Shown here: positions 24,975 through 35,482 of the stretch, in pieces
Layout of the letters: each line of letters begins with the position of its first letter
How positions within the stretch are numbered: the stretch's first letter is position 1
Assembly: GCF_947568905.1 (NCBI RefSeq)
Contig: NC_079166.1
Coordinates: 87,420,001 to 87,484,000, forward strand
Length of the DNA stretch: 64,000 bases
Origin: Ostrea edulis
Taxonomy: Eukaryota
Direction of reading: 5' to 3'
The notes under the pieces: model-generated
The model's input: only the letters and a program-made list of their open reading frames with translations
The model's database searches: none
What the model was told of the DNA's origin: nothing
Program-made: the position numbers and the translations under genes

Positions 24975-25214
24975 AATTTTACGATTTGAATATGAAAAGC
25001 CGAAGGCACTTGTTCACCTCCAAGATGGCGGAAGATTAGCATAACTATAATGCGTGACGTCACACGAAAACTATGTATAATAGCAAGGCATTCTATTATT
25101 AGAAGACAAAATAAATAGTGTTTGACTAGCGACGTGTGCTGTAAACGCCACGCCATCAAGCTGTATGTACACGGACTGTACGAGAACTGAACACGGTCAT
25201 AACATGTCAAACTG

Positions 25215-25388
25215 CAGGGGCGGACCCAGGAATTTTCGATAGAGGGGTTCTACCATTAATTTTGGCTTTCAAAGGGGGTAAGGTGGGGTTTCCACCCTCA
25301 GAATGCGTTATTCTTACATTTTTTAGTAAAATTTTCTAACGAAGGAGGGGGTGTCCGATCCCCGGAACCTCCTCTGTATCCGCACCTG
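25215..25388. mobile_element. Short MITE with GC-rich TIRs
   Basis: caggggcggacccagga ... ctctgtatccgcacctg; the same terminus (gtggcggatccag) is also seen at ~58402 and ~62131. Confidence 0.6.
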
Positions 25389-26214
25389 AGTTGGAGCATT
25401 ACATTGAATATGGAAAACTGTTGTCAAGATCGTAGGGTTGGGGAAAAGGGGGAGGGGAGGGGAGGGGAAGGGGAGGGGGAGGTGGTCCAGCAGTATCTAA
25501 TGTTTATTTCTGTCCAAATTGTAATACCAGGAACGTTGCATTGCATCGAGTGATTTTTTCTTTGTGTTTTTGTTTGTTGGTTTTTTTTCTCTCTCTCTTC
25601 TTTTTGTTTTCATTTTAAGGGGGCAGCCGGAGAAGAAGTTGGTTTTACAATTTTCTGAAAAGTCTTAACTTGCAAAATTCAAAAATTAAATCAAAACTCT
25701 AAATCCTAAATTTTGGGGGTAAGGTGACAAGGGTTCATCCTTTTTTTCAATTCTTCAGTTAACTTGATTACATTTCCACTACAATTCACTACTGCTATTT
25801 AAAACAAGGGTCAGGAACCAGCCTATAGATCGAACGTTGAAAATGGCCTGTATTAATGGAAAAAAGGAACGTCCAAAAAGTGTATGTCTAGTTTCCACCT
25901 CCACGCAATGCTACGTAACTAAATCCAAGTCGAGCTATTTAATGTTTCAAAAGTTGATTTAAAAAAAAATGAATTATTCAATTGCACATAAAAAACAAAA
26001 ACCAACCCAGACTTAAAGGGACAGATTGCACTAGAGAAGGATGCAATATACATATACATGAAGTTGACATTGTCCAGGCACTACCAAATGAGTAGTTATC
26101 TCATTTTGATAACGCAATTTATGGAAGACAAACGCATTTCGTTTCTTTTTAAATTCATTTTGAGGGTTATATTCTTCTTAAACATAGAGTGATACATAAC
26201 GTGAATTATCTTCT

Positions 26215-26450
26215 AAAACTATCACAGATAACTATCATAATGCATCTCTTTAAACTCTTATAGATAATGACGTATCTCTTCAAACTATTATTGATAATGA
26301 CGTATCTTTTTAAATTAATTAATCTTTACACTATCATAGATAATGATGTTATCTCGTTAAACTATTATAGATAATGACGTATCTCTTTAAACTATTATGT
26401 ATAGTCATGTGTCTTTTTAAACTATCACAAATAATGACACATTACAGACA
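26215..26450. repeat. ~30 bp minisatellite (aaactatyatagataatgacgtatctcttt)n
   Basis: About 6-7 diverged tandem units. Confidence 0.85.
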
Positions 26451-27051
26451 GTGATGTCATACTTACATATCCAGGACGCTGCTCTCTGTACGCCCCAGAC
26501 TTCTATTGTTTTGTGGATGAGGATGTCCATCTGTAATCGGTACACCAGGGAGGGATAGAGACCATCATCACAATAAACATGTTTTGAACTTCCACTTCCG
26601 ACCCTGCAGTACTTCCTCACTTTGGTCATACACAACGAAGTCAACATGTAACTGTGGTTAGAGAACTTTGAGTTTGTGCTCTCCCAGAGCTGGTACATCG
26701 CATCCTCGGCGTATTTTGTAGATGTAATTTTTAGATATTGGTCGTTATTTTGTATTAAGTTCATTCTCATCAGTTCATCAATATCATGTTTTGTATCCAT
26801 TACAGACACATTTTCGGCATAAAAGAGTTTTTCCCGGATAGTATTAAGTGATTTCAACCATTGATCACTTTTGCTCCAACTAATTTTGTTGTCGTCATAA
26901 CACAAAAGAGAGTACAAAATGGCTTTTTGGTTGTTTGGTAGGATTCCAATCTTCTCTGTATGAAAGGAGAGAAAGATAAATATGAATTACATGATAATGC
27001 ATCACAATACATAAACCGAAGGAACTGTTGGCCAGTCTTTAAATCGAACAT
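26417..27051 (-). pseudogene. Fragment of a probable bivalve nSTAND-NTPase-family protein (post-NTPase C-terminal region), frameshifted near 26900
   Basis: Two overlapping ORFs (65 aa + 166 aa): PFIQRRLESYQTTKKPFCTLFCVM...KVRKYCR...LYPSLVYRLQMDILIHKT, resembling my recollection of the C-terminus of expanded oyster nSTAND proteins; no NTPase motifs visible. Confidence 0.35.
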
Positions 27052-27684
27052 GTTAAGATATCACGTTTGAATGCATCTAACTATTTGAAGACTACACATG
27101 TAATATCAAGCACAACACGATGATTTGTAACGTCTTGAATAATTATGTTTTTACATCACATGCATCATGTAAGTCTGACGGGAATTTTATGAATGTAATG
27201 TTTACTACCGATACTGTAGATCGCGATATATTTCTAATATAAAATAGTAGGTACGTAAACGATTACCCTAGATCATATTTGCTTCAGGTGTTGAGCTATT
27301 AATATAACACCTTAAGAATTGTTGGGGTATTATTTTCCATTACATTACTACGCATTCCGTATTGATGGAATCGACAAAGATACTAATATGAAGATGTGCA
27401 CACCCTGCAGAGGTAAAATTGCAAGTTATCTTTGGCGTATAATTGGAATGTTTTATGTTACAAAAAACCTTAATCACATGTTGACCATGCTGATAACTTC
27501 AAAAAATAATCATGGTGAACATCCATTTGTTTTGTATATGTTCAATATATGATAACCATATGATACTGAGCAGGTGGTTAACGTATGTTATTGTTTCAAT
27601 ACAGGAGATGGCACAATACGGCCCATGAACTATAGTTATCCAATGTTAGCATGTCCTTGTATATTTGACTCACCTTTTAAATGT

Positions 27685-27850
27685 AAAACTTATACGGTAC
27701 CAATTTTGATGCACCAGATGCGCATTTCGACAAATACTGTCTCTTCAGTGATGCTCAACCGAAAGTTTTGACATCCGAAATAACAATAAACTTGTAAGAG
27801 CTATTTCATGGTAAAGCAGAGTGCCAAAAAACAGTCACCATGGACAAAAT
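27685..27850 (+). repeat. Partial unit of the 350 bp satellite-like repeat
   Basis: tgtaaaacttatacggtaccaattttgatgcaccagatgcgcatttcgacaaat..cttcagtgatgctcaaccgaaa. Confidence 0.85.
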
Positions 27851-29396
27851 TACACAACATCATTTACTAAATCAAAATGTTTATTAATAAGTATTAGTTT
27901 TAATATTTGGCATGTTCGAGTTTCAGAGGAATATGACAAAATTAATAAAAGATCCCAATTTACCATTTATTTTCTGGGCAGAAATAAACAGATTTATGAA
28001 TTTATTTCTTAAGGATGTGGTATCGTGGTAATTTTACCGCGAATGAGTCTCGATACTTTTTCGAGGTGACGTAAGTCAGCCTCGTATGTCAGACCCCAGC
28101 TTCAATGGCGCCCTGTTTTAATCACTACCATTTGCGAAATCACTTTGATTTTTAATATAAGAAATTTGTTGTCACATATGCTAATGCAACGTAAAAGCTG
28201 TCACAATTCACTTTGAGATTGATATAGGATCCATATGTTTACCCTCTACGATAAGCGAGTTAAATAAGAATTTATGAAATCGCAATTTTTATCCCTTCGA
28301 TATGAAACAAAGTCCACACATCAAAAGGAATCGCGAATTAGTGTTTAGGTGTGTAAACAAGATCAAAATTATTTGTCGTTTGCCAACATTTTATTCCACG
28401 ACCTTAGAAAAACAGAATTGGACTGTAGGAAACGATTTGCATTGTTTCTGTATTCATTCGCATTTTCACATATAGACGGGAAAAACATGGTCTATTTTTC
28501 TCTAGGAATTCTGGGTAAACAGCTGTCTCCTCTTATGTCTGAAAATTATGTTAATTAGCCGATTTATCGCCTATCAAAAAATAGTTCACATTGATACTAT
28601 GTTCCATTTTTATTAAACTGTTATATATAAATTCTGTTTTATGTCAGATTGAAGAAGTTTTCCTTGTATGTGATCTGTTGTATTTATCAAGCAGAAATTG
28701 TGTGTAATTAGAATTTTAATATTAAACTCTGTACTATTTCTCTGTATCCATACGTGCCACGCTATCCTGTTTATCAACAAGGAGAAAACGTCTTGCCTGA
28801 GAGAACTGATATATTCTTGCCAACGCATTAACTCAAGGTAATTATCTGAAACCCAATGTGTTAATTTCGTACAATTTTACCAAAATATTTCTTTTGGACG
28901 CATTTTTTGAGATTTTAATACTACATCTGGGTGTAAACATGTAATCTGCGATCGAAAGGGCCGAGCGCCATTTCCCGCGCTCTTTCATGGTCAAGTCAGA
29001 TAACTGTAAACATTGATTAAGAAATATAAATGAACATGTTTTTGTGAATATATTTGTTATTCAAGAAAAGAACTCTATTGGAAATAATATATTGGAAATC
29101 AAGTTTACATTTCTTTGTCACGAAATATGATTTATCTCAAGAGTTGAATGAATTATCTCAAGAGTTGACACTTGTTTTCAAGAGTTGATATTTCAAGAGT
29201 GGAAATTTTCTTGGACTGGTTTAACTTTGACTCAAGAATTGAATGAGTTATTTCAAGAGTTGACAGTTGTTGTCGTCATCAGATATGAAGGGTAGCAAAA
29301 AAAAGAAAAAATCATGATTTTGATAGTCATCAAAGGGAGAGCCCAAAATCTGTCAAAAAAAGAAAAAGTCACAATGTAAGAAAAGATCCCATAATT

Positions 29397-29945
29397 TTGA
29401 AATGCGTGTCTGCCAACTTTCATCAAGGGTCAGAAACTTTCTCAGAATATAGCAGAGGTAGACAATGTGTAGCAAATTCACTTGTGTGCATTTCATTTAA
29501 TGCAGTTAACCAAACATTGTTTGGAGATTGGGATGCGAATGATATTCATTTTGTTCTCGAAAAAGGTGATGTTTTATACAAGCATGCAAGACAGGCCTGT
29601 CCACATGAACATCTTAACCCAGAGGACTTGCCCAAAAATGTTTGCATTCAAAATCAGTTGCTTCATGTGTCTGCTTTACCAGTTTATGCAGGGGAAATAC
29701 AATCCACTTTTAAAGATAACGGCCCTTTCCTCTCTCTTGCTACAGCACTGAATTTATGCTTTGCAGATACCAAAGATGGAGGTATATTTATATGCAATGG
29801 CAGTTCTGCTGCTGTATTCTGCTCAGGCAATCTGTTCCATGTTTTCGATCCACATGCACGTGATGCAAACGAAAATGTTAAGGCAGACGGTTGCTCTGTT
29901 TTGTTGACAGTCAGTGGTTTTTTTTTCAACTTTACAAGCTCTTTT
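29397..29945 (+). pseudogene. Helentron N-terminal papain-like cysteine protease, herpesvirus large-tegument deubiquitinase (peptidase C76)-like
   Basis: SANFHQGSETF..RGRQCVANSL (catalytic Cys), WDANDIHFVLEKGDVLY, FHVFDPHARD (Asp-Pro-His motif); frame shifts at the poly-T run near 29930. Confidence 0.75.
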
Positions 29946-32630
29946 GAGAAAGCTCTTTGGGTGTGAAGAGGGTGCAGCTTTTGAATTGTATGTAGTTTCG
30001 ATGGCAAATGTAGAAATGATGCCTGTTGTCCAAAGACATGTCCAAAGACAAGCTGAAGATAGATGTTGTTTAACTATGGATAGTATACAACCAATTTCCA
30101 GTCTGTGCCATAAATGTCTTTCAGGAATTGGTCAGACTCAGAGCAACAATAATTATTTATCGAACAACTGTGATGAAGTAATAAAGCACTTTCATTCAGC
30201 TGTAAATACAGGCCCATCTTTTGTCTGTAAAAGTTGTTCTCGGGTTTGGTTTAAACACTCAGTTAGAAAAGCGACAGGAATAAGTGAAGATTTCTTGCAT
30301 CAGCATGGCTTTCAAAAGCAAGACATTATTTGTAACACCTGTCACAAATATTTAAAAGCAGGAAAAGTTCCTCCATGTTCATTCATGAATGGTTTAAAAT
30401 TCCCCTCCAAACCTCCTGAGTTGAACATTACACCCCTTGAAGAAAGACTCGTAGCTCCCAGAATCCCGTTTATGCAGTTATTCAAAGCAGAAGGTATCGA
30501 ATTGAATGAGTCTTGAAATTACCAAGATGTTGAATCAGAGGACGAAACTGAAATAAATTCTACATCGACCACAAATTCAGCAGAAGAGTCCATCATAGAA
30601 GCTTGGACAGAAGAAGGTAGTGTGGACGAAAGGCCAACGGGCAATATGGACACTCTAATGCAAAGTATTGACTTCCGAGAATTTAATCAGGTTTTGAGTG
30701 TTGCTCCAGGTGAAAACTTTAACCCTCCGAGTATATTTCAAGATAAAAATGCAGAATTTTTAGCATTTCCTACCATCTATTGTGGAGAAGAAAGACCAGA
30801 CAACACATTAAGAACTGTTCCTTTGCATTACAGTACTATTTGCAAATGGGAGTTGAGAAATGTTGATAGGAGATGTGCACAATGTGTTCCAAATCTATTT
30901 TACAAGTTGAAAAGAATACAAATTAAGCAAATCCAGGACAAAGTCATGCTTGCTATGCGGAAGTGCAAACTACAGGGTAAGAAATACACTGCGGCACAAA
31001 TACTTGACTCGCAAACTGCGGACTCCATTGTTCGATTGAATGAAGAATTTCATGTTCTCCGGAAATTACGAGGATCACCCCCTTACTGGGAAAAAGCTAA
31101 AAGGGACATTTTTGCCATGATCAGGCAACTGGGTTTACCTACTTGGTTCTGTTCATTTTCTGCAGCGGAAACGAAATGGACACCACTACTTAAAACACTT
31201 GGAGAGCTTTATAGAAAATGTAACCTACACAGAAGAGGAAATTATGAACATGAGCTGGGAACACAAAAGTAAACTAATTAGGTCTGACCCAGTAACTTGT
31301 GCAAGATATTTTGACTTCAGGTTTAACAAATTCTTTGCAGAGGTATTGGGCCACAAAATGAACCCTGTAGGTTTTATTGAAGACTTCTTTTACAGGATTG
31401 AGTTCCAGCAGCGAGGCTCTCCTCATGTGCATATGCTTCTTTGGATCAAAGATGCCCCCATCTGTTCAAACTCACTCATATGAAGAAGTGGCTCAATTCA
31501 TTGACAAGTATGCAACTTGTGAAAAGCATGGGGCAGATGATTTCCTGATAAATTACCAAACACATCCTCATGTTAGGACATGTATGAAAAAGAATAAACC
31601 CATATGTAGATTTCATTTTCCCATACCGCCAATGCCTCAGACTGTTGTTCTTGCACCTCTGGATGAAGATGATCAGAATTTCTCAACAGCTGTTATATCT
31701 TACTAGAAAATTGTAGATTACCTTAATTCATCAAAGTTCAGAGAGTCTGAAATTGAAATGACATTTCAAGAATTTTTATCAGAATTGCAGATCAATGTGG
31801 AATGCTACATCACGGCAGTGAGGTCATCTTTGAAACAAGAAAAAAATTTTCCTGAAGCGAAATCCAAATGAAGTGAGAATTAATGCATACAATAGTGTTC
31901 TACTAAAGAGCTGGCAAGCAAATATGGACATTCAGTTTATTTTGGATGCATATGCATGTGCCACTTACATTGTGTCCTACATTTCTAAAGGTCATAGAGG
32001 AATGTCGAACTTGCTGTGGCATGCTTGTAAAGAAGCAAGACAAAATGACTCTGATATTCGCCAACAAGTGAAACGTATAGGAAACAAGTTTCTCTCTCAT
32101 GTTGAGATAGATGCTCAAGAAGCAGTGTACCTGGTACTTCAAATACCACTGAGGCATTCATCAAGGTCCGTGACTTTTGTTAATACTGCTCCCATAGATG
32201 AGCATGCTGTTTTGTTGAAACCTAGGCATGTTTTAGAAGAACTGAAAGAAAGCAGTACAGATATTGAAGCTGGTAATATCATAAAAGTGTATCAACAACG
32301 ACCAAAAGTTCTTGAGGGAATCTGCCTTGCTGATGTTGTGTCCTGGTTTCAAGTTAAGTATCACAAGGAAAACATCAAACAGAACACTTCAGAGGAGTTG
32401 CCTGAAAATGAGCCAGAAGAAGAAATTTCAGAGGATGCAATTCCTGTCATGTCAAATTCCTGTGAATTTGCTCAGAGTTACATGTTTAGGAATGGTACAG
32501 AAATTGTCAAAAGAAAAAAGCCCATGGTTTTAAGATGGGTACATTTTGATATTGAAACAGATAGCGAGAAACATTATCGTGAACTTTTTATGTTGTTCAA
32601 TCCTTGGAGAAATGAAAAAAAAGGATTTGA
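29945..32630 (+). pseudogene. Helentron Zn finger + Rep (HUH endonuclease) region
   Basis: FVCKSCSR..ICNTCHKYL..LEERLVAPRIPFMQL; LRGSPPYWEKAKRDIFAMIRQLGLPTWFCSFSAAE; IEFQQRGSPHVHMLLW (HUH); INAYNSVLLKSWQANMDIQFILDAYACATYIVSYISK (catalytic YxxxY); stops at 30514 and 31704; frameshifts near 31210, 31478 and 31845. Confidence 0.92.
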
Positions 32631-34410
32631 TCAATAAATTCCAATCTTTTGAAGCAAAATACAAGTCATGTGAAAATCAAATTCAGCAGAAACTTTCTGA
32701 ATATCAACAAGGTGGAAAGGCTTTGAATGATATGGAAAACATGCTTCATAATGTAGATGCAGAGGATTTGTGTACAAATTTTGTTGCTCCAGGAAATGAA
32801 CATGAGGAAGAAATACACAGAGAAGAAGGATCAACTCTCTCAGAAAAATGGGGTTGTTTTGATCCTGGTAAACATGCACCAGACTATGACATAGGCCTTG
32901 AACTTGGAATTCAACGAAAACAACTTGATGAGGATATTTCGCAAATGGGTGAAATGAAGGACATTCCATACAGGGAAATGTTGAGAGACCTCAATCATCA
33001 GCAAAGGGAATTCTTTTATCATATACTACACTGGCTGAAAACTAAGAAAGAGCCTTTGTATGCTTTTTTATCTGGTGGAGCAGGAGTTGGAAAAGGTGTA
33101 CTTACAAGAGCCCTTTATCAAGCATTGTTGAAATATTACTCTCACCAAGTTCATGAAAATCCAGACAATTTGCATGTTCTTCTCTGTGCACCAACCGGAA
33201 AGGCAGCCCATAACATAAATGGTTCTACAATCCATGCAGCATTTTGTATTCCAGTTGGTAGAGGATTTGCTTACAAACCACTAGACATGCAACAATTAAA
33301 TACCTTGCAAACACGATACATGAGTTTAAAGGTCATTTTTATAGATGAAATTTCAATGGTAGGTTATGGCGTGTTTAATTTCATGAATCTCAGACTGCAA
33401 GAAATAAAAGGATGCACAATGTCTTTTGGTGGTGTAAATATTGTTGCAGTAGGTGATCTGTTTCAGCTAAAACCTGTCATGGATGGTTGGATTTTTTCTC
33501 CGCCTAATACAGGGTATGGTCCATTAGCAGCAAATCTGTGGAGAGACAATTTCAAGTTGTTTGAATTAACCATAATAATGCGCCAAAGGGATGACAGGAC
33601 ATTTGCTGAACTGCTGAACAGATTGCGAGAAGGAAATCAGACTGAACAAGACATCAGTCTACTATGTCAATGTGTGAAAGAAGAGACTCCAGAAATTACA
33701 AGTATACCCCACTTGTTCACTACCAGAAAGGAAGTACAATCTTACAATAACAAGATATATGAAATGGCAGATGAATCACAGAAAGTAAGCATTAATGCTC
33801 TTGACTGGGTTATTGGAACACCTGATGACGCTGTGAAATTAAAAGTGTTAACAAGAGTCCCTGATGATTGTGCAAAAACAATGGGGCTATCTTCCATGTT
33901 GTTCTTGGTTATTGGAGTTCCAGCTGAAATAACCAATAATGTTAATGTTCGAGATGGAATCACAAATGGTGCGTCATGCACTGTAAAACTCTTTGATTAT
34001 CGTGTGGAAGGATGAACAAGGTGTAGCATCATTTGGGTGCAATTTGATGATGAAAACATTGGAAAGGAGTTGCGCAAAGAATATACAAGGCTATTCAAAA
34101 GTGATATTGAGAAAACTTGGACACCAATTTTAGAAATTACAAGGCAGTTTAATATTCAACTGAATGGAACATATCATGTAAAACGAAGACAGTTTCCCCT
34201 AAGGTTGGGAGCTGCCAAAACAATTCACAAAGCCCAAGGCTCAACTATGAAATCAACAGTTATAAATTTTGGCTCCAGAAAAAATGACCATATGCTTTAT
34301 GTGGGACTAAGTAGGGTTGCCCATATCGAGAACTTGCACATCACCTATTTGAATGAAAAGAAGATATCATTATCACCAGCTGTGTTGGAAGAAATGAGCA
34401 GGTTTCGAAA
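32630..34410 (+). pseudogene. Helentron PIF1-family (SF1B) helicase
   Basis: FLSGGAGVGKG (Walker A), LCAPTGKAA..GSTIH, IDEISMVG, FGGVNIVAVGDLFQLKPV, MRQRDD..LLNRLREG, QFPLRLGAAKTIHKAQG, YVGLSRV; in-frame stop at 34013. Confidence 0.95.
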
Positions 34411-34479
34411 TGAGGGCAAAATGAGAGTCTGCATTGACAATTTGAAAGAGAAAGATCCTTGTACTACAGTTTTGACATC

Positions 34480-35110
34480 ATTTAACATCAGATCCCTTCA
34501 TAAGCACAAGGAAGATTTGGAAAAGGATTTAAACTTTATGTTTTCAGATGTATTAGCAATATCTGAGACAAGACTTGTTCAAACTGATGAAGATGAGACA
34601 TTCTCATTGTCAGGATATAGAATGTATAGGTTTGACTCTCCACAACATTGCACTCAAAGACCATCATATGGTCTTGCTTTTTATGTTAAAGAATCGCTAA
34701 CTGTAAAGAAAATCAACAAAAGGAGAGAACGAAATGTTCAATTTTTTTCCTTGGAAATAGAGATTCGCAGTGGAAAGTCAATTTCATTTATGTTATTGTA
34801 TGTTCCACCAAAGACAGATTTGTTGACAGTAAAGAAGTCTTTTTCAAGATTGTTTGGAAGATCTAAATCCTGTAGTATTGACCGGAGACTTCAATATTGA
34901 CAACCTTTCATCACAAACAGGAAATCTCATGACGTTCATGTCTGAATTTAATCTTAAATACCTGCCCACAGATTCTACCACTGACTATGGATCTGCACTT
35001 GACCACATATACACAAACATTTCTGATGCTCAAATTCAAAGTTGGGGGACACTTGAGTCTTACTTCTCAGATCATAAACCCCTGTATATTGCACTGAAAT
35101 TCATGACAAA
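34480..35110 (+). pseudogene. Helentron C-terminal apurinic/apyrimidinic-like (EEP) endonuclease
   Basis: FNIRSL, LAISETRL, LLYVPP, LTGDFNID, LDHIY, YFSDHKP motifs; frameshift near 34855. Confidence 0.9.
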
Positions 35111-35482
35111 AAAACTTGTTTATGTTATGCAATGTTTAAAAAAAGTACTTTCCCCGATGTGACTTTGGTTGCCAACACTTTATGATATAAATTCTCATTT
35201 GAAAAGACAATATTCATTCAGCTGTATTTAATTCATCTTGAAGAACATCCTACACTAAAATGGTAATAATTCACTTTCTTGCTACTTGTGAATACATCTA
35301 TCTACTTAAATTTAGATAAATATGACTCATTGACTGCAAAATCTAATTTTTTTTTCTTTCAAGAAAATGAACAATGAATTAGAACATTTTGCAACAGTTG
35401 GTTACAAAAATCATAGCAAGATACAAGATGGTGATCTCTTAAATTCACACTCAAACAAAATTTATGCATTTTTCAATTCCAG

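Larger units (their letters stand above)
21642..25072. mobile_element. ISL2EU-type (PIF/Harbinger-related) DNA transposon, internally deleted, both ends intact
   Basis: Left end AT|agatttcgatcacgtgac...ccgcggccatattggaggtga; right end reverse complement AT|agttttcgtgtgacgtcac...ccgccatcttggaggtga; AT TSD; convergent THAP-DDE and SWIM-YqaJ-PHD genes. Confidence 0.85.

Noticed and set aside
25436-25485. G-quadruplex-forming (ggggA)n tract
   Set aside because: Simple low-complexity repeat with no evidence of function
28010-28935. Kolobok-like element suggested by ttaa|ggatgt ends (also 41908 and 62918)
   Set aside because: No matching second terminus with a TTAA duplication was found
29397-29945. 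Endogenous herpesvirus insertion
   Set aside because: No other viral genes nearby; the domain is collinear with Helitron Rep-helicase
32546-34900. Host PIF1 helicase gene
   Set aside because: Intronless, fused to HUH Rep and APE domains, and interrupted by stops
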